Positions 51,370 to 61,496 of a stretch of DNA of 64,000 nucleotides are shown piece by piece (position 1 is the stretch's first letter; every line of letters begins with the position of its first letter). Source of the DNA: Acidobacteriota bacterium (GTDB lineage Bacteria; Acidobacteriota; Thermoanaerobaculia; UBA5066); NCBI GenBank assembly GCA_016716715.1, contig JADJVE010000004.1, positions 325,140 through 389,139 of the forward strand. Reading direction: 5' to 3'. The notes beneath the pieces are model-generated. The model was not told the origin of the DNA. It ran no database searches and saw only the letters and a program-made list of their open reading frames with translations. The position numbers were made by a program, and so were the translations under genes.

Positions 51370-52820
51370 ACGGATCGCCCGCGGACCGCTGGGAGAACCC
51401 CCTCACGACGCGCTACGCGTCCGCCGAGATGTCCTCCCTGTTCTCGGCGCGGTCGAAGTTCACCGCGTGGCGCCGCCTCTGGCTCTGGCTCGCCGAGGCC
51501 GAGAAGCAGCTCGGCCTGCCGATCCCCGAGGCCTCGCTGGAGGCCCTGCGCGCCCACCTCGTCCCGACTGACGCCGAGCTCGACGCCGCCGACCGCTACG
51601 AGCGCGAGACCAAGCACGACGTCATGGCGCACCTCCACGCGCTGGGCGACGTCGCCCCGGCCGCCAAGGGCGTCCTCCACCTCGGCGCGACGTCGGCCTT
51701 CGTGGGCGACAACGCGGACCTGCTCCTTCTGCGCGAGGCCCTCCGCCTCCTCGCGACGCGGACCGTGCGCGTCATGGGGCGGCTGGCCCGGTTCGCGCGC
51801 GCCTACCGCGACCTCCCGTGCCTCGGCTTCACGCACTTTCAGGCCGCGCAGCCCACGACGGTCGGCAAGCGCGCGTGCCTGTGGCTGCAGGACCTCGCGC
51901 TCGACCACCGCGAGCTCGTCCGCCGCGCCGACGAGCTGCGCTTCCTCGGCTGCAAGGGCGCCACGGGAACCCAGGCCTCCTTCGTCGCGCTCTTCGACGG
52001 CGACGCGGACAAGGCCGAGAGCCTCGACAAGCTCGTCGCGGACAAGGCGGGCTTCCCGGACCGCCTCCTGATCTCGGGCCAGACGTACACGCGCAAGCAG
52101 GACGCGCTCGTCCTCTCGGCGCTCTCGGGCCTCGCGTCCTCCGCCTCGAAGTTCGCGAACGACGTCCGGCTTCTCCAGCACCTCAAGGAGGTCGAGGAGC
52201 CGTTCGGGAAGAAACAGGTCGGCTCGTCCGCGATGCCGTACAAGCGCAACCCGATGAAGTGCGAGCGCATGAACGCGCTCTCGCGCTGGCTCCTCTCGGT
52301 GTCGGACAACGGAAACTGGACGCACGCGACTCAGTGGTTCGAACGCACGCTGGACGACTCGGCGAACCGCCGCCTCGCGCTCGCCGAGGCGTTCCTCTCG
52401 GCGGACGCGATCCTCCTTCTCTGGGACTCCGTGGCGGACGGCCTCATCGTCCACCCCGGCGTCGTCCGCCGCCGCCTCGACGCCGAGATCCCGTTCCTCG
52501 CGACCGAGAACGTGCTCATGGCGGCCGCGAAGAAGGGCGGCGACCGCCAGGCGCTGCACGAGAAGATCCGCGTGCTCGCGCAGGCCGCGGGCGACCGGAT
52601 GAAGAACGAGGGCGCCGAGAACGACCTGCTGTTCCGGATCGCGGCCGATCCGACCTTCGGGTTGACTCCCGCCGAAATCCAGGCCGCGTCCGATCCCGCG
52701 CGCTTCATCGGGCGCGCGCCGGAGCAGGTGGACGAGTTCCTCGAGGTCGAGATCGAACCCATCCTCGCGAGCGACCCGGCGGCCGCCTCCGGCGAGACGC
52801 ACGAGGAAGTCCGGGTTTGA
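51366..52820 (+). CDS. purB: adenylosuccinate lyase
   Basis: 484 aa. Confidence 0.95.
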   Translation: MNGSPADRWENPLTTRYASAEMSSLFSARSKFTAWRRLWLWLAEAEKQLGLPIPEASLEALRAHLVPTDAELDAADRYERETKHDVMAHLHALGDVAPAAKGVLHLGATSAFVGDNADLLLLREALRLLATRTVRVMGRLARFARAYRDLPCLGFTHFQAAQPTTVGKRACLWLQDLALDHRELVRRADELRFLGCKGATGTQASFVALFDGDADKAESLDKLVADKAGFPDRLLISGQTYTRKQDALVLSALSGLASSASKFANDVRLLQHLKEVEEPFGKKQVGSSAMPYKRNPMKCERMNALSRWLLSVSDNGNWTHATQWFERTLDDSANRRLALAEAFLSADAILLLWDSVADGLIVHPGVVRRRLDAEIPFLATENVLMAAAKKGGDRQALHEKIRVLAQAAGDRMKNEGAENDLLFRIAADPTFGLTPAEIQAASDPARFIGRAPEQVDEFLEVEIEPILASDPAAASGETHEEVRV

Positions 52821-52836
52821 GGCGAAGAAGTTTTCT

Positions 52837-53622
52837 TTGAAGGTGAAGGGGCGCGGCGCGGCCATCGCCGCGTGGCGCCGACGGCGCCCAGCCCTATTCC
52901 CACTCAAAGAAATCTCTTTGGTTCTCTTCGGACTCGGCCTCGTGGCTTGTTCGTCCACACCGAAGGCGAAGTCTTTCGTCCCTCCGCCTACACCGACCCC
53001 CGGCGCCGTCGAGCGCGGCCTCGCGTCGTGGTACGGGAAGGAGTTCGACGGCCTGCCGACCGCATCCGGCGAGACGTTCCGCCCCGAAAAAGTCTCCGCC
53101 GCTCACCGCACGCTGCCGCTCGGCACGGTCGTCGACGTCACGAACGAGAAGAACGGCAAGTCCGTCCGCGTGAAGGTCAACGACCGCGGCCCGTTCGTGG
53201 CGGGGCGCATCGTGGACCTTTCGAAGGCCGCCGCCGCCGAGATCGGCTCCGTCGGGGACGGCGTCGTGCCCGTGACGTTGCGCGTCGTGGCGCTGGGCGA
53301 CAACTCCCGGATCCGCGCGAAGAGCGACGAGCCGCCCGCCCCGACACCCGCGAACACCGCGGTGAAGGGCGAGCCCGCGGCGCCGTCCACGCGTCCCGCG
53401 GCCGCGGGCTGGGCCGTGCAGGCGGGTGCGTTCGGGTCGCAGGAGAATGCCGTGAAGCTGCGCGAGCGGCTCGCCGCGCGCTACCCGTCGCCATGGATCG
53501 AGGACGCGAGCGGCCTCAAGCGCGTGAAGTTCGGCCCCTATGCCTCGCGCGCCGAGGCCGAGGCCGCGCGCGATTCCCTGGGTGAGATCGGGCTCGCCGG
53601 CATCCTCGTCGAGGCGCGCTGA
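52837..53622 (+). CDS. rlpA: septal ring lytic transglycosylase RlpA (DPBB domain) with a C-terminal SPOR domain; lipoprotein
   Basis: Lipobox LVAC, the DPBB signature GLASWYG...NDRGPF, and a SPOR domain at the end. The start is TTG at 52837 or GTG at 52843. Confidence 0.8.
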   Translation: MKVKGRGAAIAAWRRRRPALFPLKEISLVLFGLGLVACSSTPKAKSFVPPPTPTPGAVERGLASWYGKEFDGLPTASGETFRPEKVSAAHRTLPLGTVVDVTNEKNGKSVRVKVNDRGPFVAGRIVDLSKAAAAEIGSVGDGVVPVTLRVVALGDNSRIRAKSDEPPAPTPANTAVKGEPAAPSTRPAAAGWAVQAGAFGSQENAVKLRERLAARYPSPWIEDASGLKRVKFGPYASRAEAEAARDSLGEIGLAGILVEAR

Positions 53623-53624
53623 AC

Positions 53625-55541
53625 GTGTCGCGGACGCGCTGGCTCGCGGCCGTCTGGATCGCGGCCGCGCTGTTCCCGCTCGCCTTCTTCCACCGGACCG
53701 CCGTCGCGCCCGCGACGCGGCTCGTCGCGGCCCTCCCCTCGGCGAATCCGCTCGACGATCCCGCCACGAACGCGACCGCGATCGGACGCGCGTGGGCCCG
53801 CTGGGAACGCGGCGACGTCCGCATCGCCGACGACCGCGTCTTCGCCCCGATTCCGGACGCGCTGGCGAGCGGAGAGTGGCTCCCGTTGGCTTCGATCGTC
53901 GGCGCCCCGTTTCACCTGTTCACGGGTTCGGTTCCGGCCGGCGTGAACGCGGCGTACTTTCTCGCCGTCTTCATCTTCCCGGTTCTCCTCTACGCGTTCT
54001 ACGCCCGGCTCGCGGGGCCAGGCCTCGTTTCCGCCGTGGCGGCGTTCGCGGTCGCCTACGGGCCCGGACGCATGAACACCCTCGGAGTCCTCGCCGGCCT
54101 GTCCACGGGCTTCGCCCTGCTCGCGGCGATGGCGGCCTGCGACTTTCTCCGCCGCGGCCGCGGGAGGGACCTCGCGCTCTTCGGCGCGGCGCTCATCGTC
54201 CAGGGCCTCTTCAGCCTCTACGGGATCGCGCTGGGTCTCCTGTTCGCCGTCCCTGCCGTTCTCATCGTCGTCGGAAAGGAAGCCTTCCGGGCGCGCCGCG
54301 TCGCCGCTCTCGCGGGGACGGGCCTCGTCGCGTTCCTGATTCTGGCCGTCCCCTACGGCCCGTACTTCCGAATCGGAGAGTCCCTCGGCGTCGTGCCGGG
54401 CGTCCGGACGTTCGAGGCTCATTCGGCGGACCTCCTCTCGCTCCTGCACGGCGGGATCTTCGGCGGGCCGGTGCGGGACGCTCTGGAACGCCTCGTGCCG
54501 GGCTTCCCGCTCGGCGCCGCGGCGTTCTTCCCGACGCTCGCGTTCACGTTCGCGATCGGCCTGTGGGCCGCGCGGGGGCGGGGCGTCCGGTCCCCGATCC
54601 CGTGGCTCTGCCTTGCCGCCGTCCTCTTCGTCTGCTCCCTCGGGCCGACGATCCACGTCGCGGGCAGGCCGGTGGGGCCGGGGCCCTATCGCCTGCTCAC
54701 GGGGCTTCCGATTCTCTCGTCGCTCCGCGGAATCCACCGGTTCGACCAGTGGTTCGACGTCGCGCTCGGGGCCGCGGCCGTCCTTTCGCTCGCCGCCGTG
54801 GCCGGACACGCGAGGGCCGCAGCCTTCCGGGCGGCCTTCACGGGGCTGGCCCTTCTGGACCTCTGGCCCGCCGACATCCCGGCCACCGCCTTCCCTGCCC
54901 CGTCCGCGTACGTCGACCGGCTGGCCGCGCTCCCGCGCGACGCGTCGGTCGCCGTGTATCCGTGGAACCGTTCCACGTCCACGCAGGCGTGGGTCGACCA
55001 GCTCCGGCACGGGCGCCGGGTCGTCAATGGTTGGTTCACGTACGCGCCGGCGACGCACACGTGGGCGGAGCGGTCGCTCGCGGCCCTGCCGGTCCCGGGC
55101 GGCATTGCGCTCCTGCGCGAGATGGGCGCTTCGGTCGTCGCGATCGACCGCCGCGCGCTCCCGGGTCCCGCGCTCGCCGACGTCGACGCCCTCGCCGCGG
55201 GAGCCGGCGGGATCGAGGCGCGGGAGGACGTCGCGGGCTTCACGCTTCTCCGGCTCGACCGCCGCGAGCCGTGCTTCGTTCAGCCGGGCGCGTTCCCGCT
55301 CGTCTTCCGGGGCCGGACGGCCGGAGCCGCCTGCCGCCCCGACGGCCTCGTCTTCCGGACCGGCCCCGAGGAGCGCGACGTTCTCCTGCGCCCGCCGGAC
55401 GGTCCCGCCGTGAGCGCGTCGCTCCGGGCGCCCGTCGCGAGCCCTCCGCCGCTGAGCTTCACGCTCTCGGCAGAAGCGCCGCCGGGCACGACGGTCGAGG
55501 ACGCGCGGTCCGGCCGGATCCTCGGGCGGGTGGCGCGCTGA
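53625..55541 (+). CDS. hypothetical polytopic membrane protein (at least 10 TM; possible GT-C-like glycosyltransferase)
   Basis: 638 aa with many hydrophobic helices. GTG start, and the stop abuts the convergent ddl stop with zero spacer. Confidence 0.5.
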   Translation: MSRTRWLAAVWIAAALFPLAFFHRTAVAPATRLVAALPSANPLDDPATNATAIGRAWARWERGDVRIADDRVFAPIPDALASGEWLPLASIVGAPFHLFTGSVPAGVNAAYFLAVFIFPVLLYAFYARLAGPGLVSAVAAFAVAYGPGRMNTLGVLAGLSTGFALLAAMAACDFLRRGRGRDLALFGAALIVQGLFSLYGIALGLLFAVPAVLIVVGKEAFRARRVAALAGTGLVAFLILAVPYGPYFRIGESLGVVPGVRTFEAHSADLLSLLHGGIFGGPVRDALERLVPGFPLGAAAFFPTLAFTFAIGLWAARGRGVRSPIPWLCLAAVLFVCSLGPTIHVAGRPVGPGPYRLLTGLPILSSLRGIHRFDQWFDVALGAAAVLSLAAVAGHARAAAFRAAFTGLALLDLWPADIPATAFPAPSAYVDRLAALPRDASVAVYPWNRSTSTQAWVDQLRHGRRVVNGWFTYAPATHTWAERSLAALPVPGGIALLREMGASVVAIDRRALPGPALADVDALAAGAGGIEAREDVAGFTLLRLDRREPCFVQPGAFPLVFRGRTAGAACRPDGLVFRTGPEERDVLLRPPDGPAVSASLRAPVASPPPLSFTLSAEAPPGTTVEDARSGRILGRVAR

Positions 55542-56660
55542 TCAGCGGCCGCGCACCGGGCGGTGGAACGCGCCGGTCACGAGGCGGTCGAGAAGGCTTC
55601 CGAGCGGCAGGCCCGAGGCCTCCCACATCTTCGGGAACATCGAGATCGGCGTGAACCCGGGCAGCGAGTTGAGCTCGCTGACCAGAATCCGCTGCGTCCC
55701 GCGCTCGACGAAGAAGTCCACGCGCGCGAAGCCCTCGCCCCCGAGGACGTCGAATGCCCGAGCCGCGAGCCGCCGGACCTCCTCGCGGGTGCTCGCCGGC
55801 AGGTCCGCGGGGACGACGCTGCGCGAGCCGGAGTCGATGTACTTGTCCTCGTAGTCGTAGAACTCGTGCCCAGGCACGATCTCGCCGGGCAGCGACGCCT
55901 CCGTCGGCCCGCCCTTTTCGCCCTCGAGGACCGAGCACTCGATTTCCCGCGCGTCGACGCCCTGCTCCACGAGAACGCGAGCGTCCACGAGGAATGCGGC
56001 CTCGACGGCCTTCGCGATCTGCGACTCGTCCTTCACCTTCGAGACGCCGACGGAAGAGCCCGCGCAGGACGGCTTCACGAAGACCGGAAAGCCGAGCCCG
56101 TCGATGCGCGTCGTGAGCGCCGCCCGCGACGCGGGCGAAGCCCACTCGGCGCGCGAGAAGCCCACGTACTTCACCTGCGGGAGCCCCGCGGCGCCGAACG
56201 CGGCCTTCATGAAGATCTTGTCCATCCCCACGGCCGACGCCGCGACGCCGCAGCCGACGTAGGGAACCCCGAGCGCTTCGAAGAGGCCCTGGACGACGCC
56301 GTCCTCCCCGAACGTGCCGTGGACGATCGGAAAGAGGACGTCGGCGCCGGCGGCGTGCCACGCCGAGAAGAACGAATCCACGATCTCCGCGGTCCGCGCC
56401 GGCCGGCTGCCGGGCTTCACGCCGTCGAGCAGCAGGTCCTTGGGCGGCCGCGCGAGCTGGCGCGCCAGCTCGGCCTTCGACGCCTGCGGCCCGTTCCAGA
56501 GCCCGTCCTTCCCGACGAAGACCGGGATCGCTTCGTATTTCTCGAACGGGAGGTTCTCGAGCAGGCACTTCGCCGAGAGGAACGAGACGCCGTGCTCGCG
56601 CGAGGGCCCGCCGAAGACGACGCCGACGCGCGTCTTCGCCTTCACCGGCGGGGCACTCAC
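55542..56660 (-). CDS. ddl: D-alanine--D-alanine ligase
   Basis: 372 aa, ATP-grasp. Confidence 0.9.
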   Translation of the reverse strand: MSAPPVKAKTRVGVVFGGPSREHGVSFLSAKCLLENLPFEKYEAIPVFVGKDGLWNGPQASKAELARQLARPPKDLLLDGVKPGSRPARTAEIVDSFFSAWHAAGADVLFPIVHGTFGEDGVVQGLFEALGVPYVGCGVAASAVGMDKIFMKAAFGAAGLPQVKYVGFSRAEWASPASRAALTTRIDGLGFPVFVKPSCAGSSVGVSKVKDESQIAKAVEAAFLVDARVLVEQGVDAREIECSVLEGEKGGPTEASLPGEIVPGHEFYDYEDKYIDSGSRSVVPADLPASTREEVRRLAARAFDVLGGEGFARVDFFVERGTQRILVSELNSLPGFTPISMFPKMWEASGLPLGSLLDRLVTGAFHRPVRGR

Positions 56661-56664
56661 GGCC

Positions 56665-58248
56665 TCACCCGACCGTCACGAGGCGGGCCGACTCGACGCC
56701 CTCCAGCCCCGCGAGGCAGCCCACGAGATCGGGCGAGATGCCACCCGCCGGCGGGTCCACGCGCACGACCGCGGCCGCGCGGCCGCCGCTCCCGCGCGCG
56801 AGCGCGAAGTCGACGATGTTCACGCCCTTCTGGCCGAGGCACGTGCCGATGCGCCCGATGACGCCCGGAACGTCGCGGTTCGAGAGGACGAGCATCGTCC
56901 CCTGCGGCTTGAACTCGAGCGAGAGGCCGTCCAGCGAGACGATGCGCCCGTGCGAATCGCCGAACAGCGTCGCCGAGACGCTGCGCGACCCCTTGGGCGT
57001 GTCGACGGCGACCGTAAGCAGGTTCGCGTAGCCCGAGGCCTCCTCGCGGACGGAATCCACGAGCGCGATGCCGTGCGCCTTGGCGATCGCGGCGGCGTTC
57101 ACGAGGTTGACCTCCTCGACTCCCGAGAGGACGCCTTTCACCGCGGCAACGACTGCGGCTTTGCGCGCACCCTCCGGCACGCCCGCGAGCGTGACGCTGA
57201 TGCGCGTCGCCGGCGCCCCGGCGGCCTGGCCGAGGAACGAGCCCGCGAGCTCCGCGAGCCGCATCCACGGCAGCGCCGCGTGCGGGTCGCCGCCCGCCGG
57301 GAACGGGAGGTTCACCGCGGCGACGAACGGGGACCCCTTCAGGGCCTCCGAGAGCATCTCGACGGTTTCCACGGCGACGCGGTCCTGGGCCTCCACCGTC
57401 GAGGCGCCGAGGTGCGGCGTGCAGAGCACCTTCGGGTGCTTCATCAGTGCGAAGTCCTTCGGCGGCTCCACGGAGAAGACGTCCAGCGCCGCTCCGCCGA
57501 GCTTCCCGGAGTCCAGCGCCTCGACGAGCGCGGCCTCGTCCACGAGGGCCCCGCGCGCGCAGTTCACGAGGAGGGCGCCCTTCTTCATTCTTTCGAACTG
57601 CATCGGACCGAGCAGGTGTTTCGTCTCGGCGCCGCCCGGCGCGTGGAGCGAGACGACGTCCGACTGCGCGAGCAGCTCGTCCAGCGAGACCGGCTTGACG
57701 CCCAGCTCGGCCGCGCGCTCCGGCGTCACGAAGGGGTCGAAGGCCAGGAGCGTCAGGTTCCAAGGCCTGAGGCGCGCCGCCACCCGCGAGCCGACTTGTC
57801 CGAGGCCGACGAGGCCGACCGTTTTGCCCTGCAGCTCCGTCCCGACGAACTTCGTGCGCTTCCATTCCCCGGCCTTGAGCGAAGCCTGTGCCTCGGGGAT
57901 CCTCCGCAGGAGCGAGAGGAGGAGGGCGATCGCGTGCTCCGCCGCGGAGACGACGTTTCCGGACGGAGCGTTCACGACGAGGACGCCGCGCTCGGTCGCG
58001 GCCTTGACGTCCACGTTGTCGAGGCCGACACCCGCGCGCCCGACGACGCGCAGCTTCTTCCCCGCCGCCAGGAGCTCCTTGTCGACCTGCGTGGCCGACC
58101 GCACGACGAGGGCGTCGTAGTCGCCGATCGCCGCGAGCAGGGCTTCGCGCGAGAGGTCGGTCTTCACGTCGGCGGCGAGCCCCGCCGCCTTCAGGACGGC
58201 GAGGCCCGTCTCCGACAGGGGCTCGGCGACGAGAACGCGGGCGGTCAC
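56665..58248 (-). CDS. serA: D-3-phosphoglycerate dehydrogenase (with ACT domain)
   Basis: 527 aa. GTG start at 58246-58248, and the stop of the upstream gene overlaps it as GTGA. It is the C-terminal part of ORF 56665..59958. Confidence 0.9.
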   Translation of the reverse strand: MTARVLVAEPLSETGLAVLKAAGLAADVKTDLSREALLAAIGDYDALVVRSATQVDKELLAAGKKLRVVGRAGVGLDNVDVKAATERGVLVVNAPSGNVVSAAEHAIALLLSLLRRIPEAQASLKAGEWKRTKFVGTELQGKTVGLVGLGQVGSRVAARLRPWNLTLLAFDPFVTPERAAELGVKPVSLDELLAQSDVVSLHAPGGAETKHLLGPMQFERMKKGALLVNCARGALVDEAALVEALDSGKLGGAALDVFSVEPPKDFALMKHPKVLCTPHLGASTVEAQDRVAVETVEMLSEALKGSPFVAAVNLPFPAGGDPHAALPWMRLAELAGSFLGQAAGAPATRISVTLAGVPEGARKAAVVAAVKGVLSGVEEVNLVNAAAIAKAHGIALVDSVREEASGYANLLTVAVDTPKGSRSVSATLFGDSHGRIVSLDGLSLEFKPQGTMLVLSNRDVPGVIGRIGTCLGQKGVNIVDFALARGSGGRAAAVVRVDPPAGGISPDLVGCLAGLEGVESARLVTVG

Positions 58249-59375
58249 GCCGGGACCGGCGCCTTGGCGCGGAGAGCGGCGACGACCTCCTCGTGCGCCT
58301 TCAAGTAGTTCTGCACGGAGAGGACGTCCACGTCGCCCATGTGCCCGATGCGGACGTTCGTGGCCTTGAGCTTTCCGTAGCCCGAGCCCGTCGTCCACTT
58401 CGCCGCCTTGAGCGCCTTGTTCAGCTCCTCGGCGTTGACGCCCGCGGGCGGCGCCATCGACGTGACCGTCGGCGACTCGGCGCCCTTCTCGGCGAAGATC
58501 GAGAAGCCGTTCTTCGCGGCCCAGTCGGCGACCGTGCTGCGCATCGCCTCGTGGCGGGCCCAGCGGTTCTCGATTCCCTCGGCGAGGATGTGGTCGAGCT
58601 GCAAGTCGAGCGCGTAGAGGAGCGACAGGCACGGCGTCGTCGGCGTCTGCTTCTTCTGGGCGAAGGCGTCGATGTCGACGAGGTCGAGGTAGAGCCCTCG
58701 GAACTTCTTCTTCTTCGCGGCGGCGAGCGTGCGCTCGGACATCGCGAAGAGCGCGAGGCCCGGCGGGAGCGCGAACGCCTTCTGGGAGCCCGTGAGGACG
58801 ACGTCGAGGCCCCAGGCGTCCGTCTCGACCTTCGTGCCGGCGACCGAGGTCACGCAGTCGGCGAAGACGAGGGCGTCGGAGTTCTCGCGGACGACCTTCG
58901 CGATCGCCGGGAGGTCGTTCAGGACACCCGTGGACGTCTCGCTGTGGACGACCGTCACGGCGGCGTACTTCTTCGCCGCGAGCTTCGCCTTCACGTCGTC
59001 GGGCGAGATCGGCTTGCCCCACTCGGCCTTGAGCGTGTCGGTCTCCAGTCCGAGGCGCTGGGACATCTCGCCCCACTTCTCGGAGAAGGCGCCGTTGCCG
59101 AGGGAGAGGACCGGGCCCTCGACGCAGGACACGAGGGCGGCCTCCCACACGCCCGTCGCCGAGGCGGCGAGGGTGTGGGCGCGGCCGGGAGCCGTCCGGA
59201 AGACCTTCGGGAGCTTGTCGAGGATGCGCCCGTAGAGGTCCATGAAGGCCTGGGAGCGGTGGGAGAGCATGGGGCCGGTGAGCGCCTGCAGCACCTGCGG
59301 CCGGACCCACACGGGGCCCGGGTTGAAGAAGCGCACCTGGCCAGCGGAGCCGGTGGTCGAATCGAAGTTGCTCAT
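58245..59375 (-). CDS. serC: class V aminotransferase (phosphoserine aminotransferase / AGT family)
   Basis: 376 aa. Confidence 0.8.
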   Translation of the reverse strand: MSNFDSTTGSAGQVRFFNPGPVWVRPQVLQALTGPMLSHRSQAFMDLYGRILDKLPKVFRTAPGRAHTLAASATGVWEAALVSCVEGPVLSLGNGAFSEKWGEMSQRLGLETDTLKAEWGKPISPDDVKAKLAAKKYAAVTVVHSETSTGVLNDLPAIAKVVRENSDALVFADCVTSVAGTKVETDAWGLDVVLTGSQKAFALPPGLALFAMSERTLAAAKKKKFRGLYLDLVDIDAFAQKKQTPTTPCLSLLYALDLQLDHILAEGIENRWARHEAMRSTVADWAAKNGFSIFAEKGAESPTVTSMAPPAGVNAEELNKALKAAKWTTGSGYGKLKATNVRIGHMGDVDVLSVQNYLKAHEEVVAALRAKAPVPA

Positions 59376-59384
59376 GGCGGGATT

Positions 59385-60041
59385 CTACGAAAGCAGAAGG
59401 GCAGGAAGTTCGTTGAGATCCCTTATCAGGAGATCGGGCGAAACGGCCCGCAATTCCGCCTCCGTGGCGCTCCCGGTGGGGACCACGACGACAGGGATCT
59501 CCGCCGCCCGGGCCGTGGCCACGTCGACCGGCATGTCCCCTACGTAAACGCTCTCGCTCCCCTTCGCGCCCATCGTCGAGAGCGCCATGAAGACCATGTG
59601 GGGGGCCGGCTTCGGGGGGAATCCGTCGTCCGGGCCGCCGACGAACGCGAAGCGCGACAGGATGCCGAGCTGCTCCAGAATCTCGCGCGAAAACCGCGCG
59701 GGCTTGTTCGACGCGATCGCGATCGGGATGCCCGCCTCGACGAGCCGCCGCGTGACGGCGTCCGCCCCGGGGAGAAGCGTCGAGCTCTCCGGGCCAACCC
59801 GCTCGTAGCGGTCGCGGAAGATCTTCACCCCGGCTGCGACGTTCTCCGCGCCGACCGCACGCGCGATGAGGACCTCCAGCCCGTGGCCGACCATGCGGCG
59901 CGTCTCGTCGGGCGTCACGGGGGCCTTGCCGAACGCCGCGAGGACGAGGGAGAGGCACTCGTGGATCGCGGCGTACGAGTCGAGCAGCGTGCCGTCGAGG
60001 TCGAAGACGACCGCGCGCGGAGGCGCCGGAATGGGCGCCAT
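59385..60041 (-). CDS. HAD-superfamily hydrolase (phosphatase)
   Basis: MAPIPAPPRAVVFDLDGTLLDS (DxDGT motif), 218 aa. It is the C-terminal part of ORF 59385..60653. Confidence 0.8.
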   Translation of the reverse strand: MAPIPAPPRAVVFDLDGTLLDSYAAIHECLSLVLAAFGKAPVTPDETRRMVGHGLEVLIARAVGAENVAAGVKIFRDRYERVGPESSTLLPGADAVTRRLVEAGIPIAIASNKPARFSREILEQLGILSRFAFVGGPDDGFPPKPAPHMVFMALSTMGAKGSESVYVGDMPVDVATARAAEIPVVVVPTGSATEAELRAVSPDLLIRDLNELPALLLS

Positions 60042-60994
60042 CAATCCACGAGGAGGACGATCTTGCCGACGTTCTCGTTCGCCGCCATCCGGCGGTGCGC
60101 CTCGGCGGCGTTCCGGAGGGGGTACGCGCAATCGATGACGGGCGCGAGGCTCCCGTCGGCGAAGGCGGGCAGGACGTCGCGGACGAACGCCGCGGTCAGC
60201 GCGGCCTTCTCCTCGAGCGGCCGCGCGCGGAGCGTGGACCCGATGATCCGGAGGCGCTTGGACAGCACGGCGCGCAGGTCGATCTCGGCGCCCGGGCCGG
60301 CCATGCTCGCGATGAGGACGATGCGGCCGCCGCGGCGCAGCGAGCGGATGTTCGGCGAGAAGAGCGGCCCACCCACCGAGTCGAGGACGAGGTCCACGGA
60401 CTCCTTCCCGAACTTCGCTTCGATCCTGCTGAGAAACTCCTGGCGAGACGTGTCGACGACGAGATCCGCGCCGAGCGCCGAGAGGGCCTCGCACTTCTTC
60501 TCCGAGCGCGCGGTCGCCACGACGGAGCAGCCGGCACGCTTGGCGAGCTGGATCGCGGCCGTCCCGACGCCGGAGGCGGCGGCATGGACGAGCAGCCGCT
60601 CGCCGGCCCTGAGCCCGCCCTCGTGGAAGAGGTTCAGGTACGCCGTGAACCACGCCTCGGGAATCGCCGCGGCCTCGGCGAGCGAGAGGCGCGCCGGCAC
60701 GGGCATGAGCATCGCGCGGGGAACGGCGACCCTCTCGGCGTAACCGCCGCCGGAGAGGAGGAAGAACACCTTTTCTCCCGTGCCCTCGACTTCCCCCGCG
60801 GCCTCGAGGCCGAGGATCTCCGGCGCGCCTGGGGGCGGCGGGTACTTCCCCTCGGCCTGCAGGAGGTCGGCGCGGTTCACGGCCGTCGCGCGGACGCGGA
60901 CGACGACCTCCCCCGGCCCCGGGACGGGATCTGGAGCGTCGCCATAGACGAGTGCGTCGGGACCGCCGGGCTTTGGGACGAGGATGGCTTTCAT
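60041..60994 (-). CDS. qor: NADPH:quinone oxidoreductase (MDR/zeta-crystallin family)
   Basis: MKAILVPKPGGPDAL... 317 aa. ATG at 60992-60994. Confidence 0.85.
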   Translation of the reverse strand: MKAILVPKPGGPDALVYGDAPDPVPGPGEVVVRVRATAVNRADLLQAEGKYPPPPGAPEILGLEAAGEVEGTGEKVFFLLSGGGYAERVAVPRAMLMPVPARLSLAEAAAIPEAWFTAYLNLFHEGGLRAGERLLVHAAASGVGTAAIQLAKRAGCSVVATARSEKKCEALSALGADLVVDTSRQEFLSRIEAKFGKESVDLVLDSVGGPLFSPNIRSLRRGGRIVLIASMAGPGAEIDLRAVLSKRLRIIGSTLRARPLEEKAALTAAFVRDVLPAFADGSLAPVIDCAYPLRNAAEAHRRMAANENVGKIVLLVD

Positions 60995-61496
60995 GGGTTG
61001 AACACCTGGGATTCTCTTAGAAAGAGGAGAAGAGAAGAGGGGATTTCTGAGAATGTGAATCGGGGGATCGAAGAGGAGTGCTGCGTCGGGTGGTCGGTGA
61101 CGACGGCGAGGACGTTGGGGTCGGCTTCGCACAGCGGGGCGCGGCCGGTCGCGGCCCGGCAGACCTCGATCTTCGGGTACGCCTCGCTCCGGAACCCTCG
61201 ACGATCACGACGTCGCAAGAACCCAGCCCATATTCACCTTCTAAGAAATCCGAAAGCGCCGGTCGTTCGGGCGCCTGCCGGTGGACCGCACTCCTGCCTC
61301 CAGCCACCAGCGCGGCCGGGTTCGCGCCCGCCGCCTTGTGGCGCTGCGAGTCCTTTCCCTCGACATCCGTCTCGTACTCGTGGTCCGTGTGCTTGAGCGA
61401 GCCGACCCTCAGGCCCTGCTTCACGAGCGACTCGATGATCTGAACGGCCACCGTCGTCTTGCCCGATTCGTGCGCGCCGGTGACGAGGAGGACTCT
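60991..61496 (-). pseudogene. mobB: MobB-like P-loop protein (molybdopterin-guanine dinucleotide biosynthesis adapter), frameshifted
   Basis: The N-terminal half RVLLVTGAHESGKTTV...LKHTDHEYETDVEGKDSQRHKAAGA...VVIVEG is in one frame. The C-terminal half FRSEAYPKIEVCRAATGRAPLCEADPNVLAVVTDHP is in another frame that ends in an ATGA overlap with qor. A single-base gap near 61191-61196 (GGTTCC versus the expected GGTTTCC) breaks the frame. Confidence 0.6.

Noticed and set aside
52860-52900. GC palindromes after purB as a terminator
   Set aside because: They fall inside the likely rlpA N-terminal coding region, and the stems are short (5-7 bp) with no U-tract.
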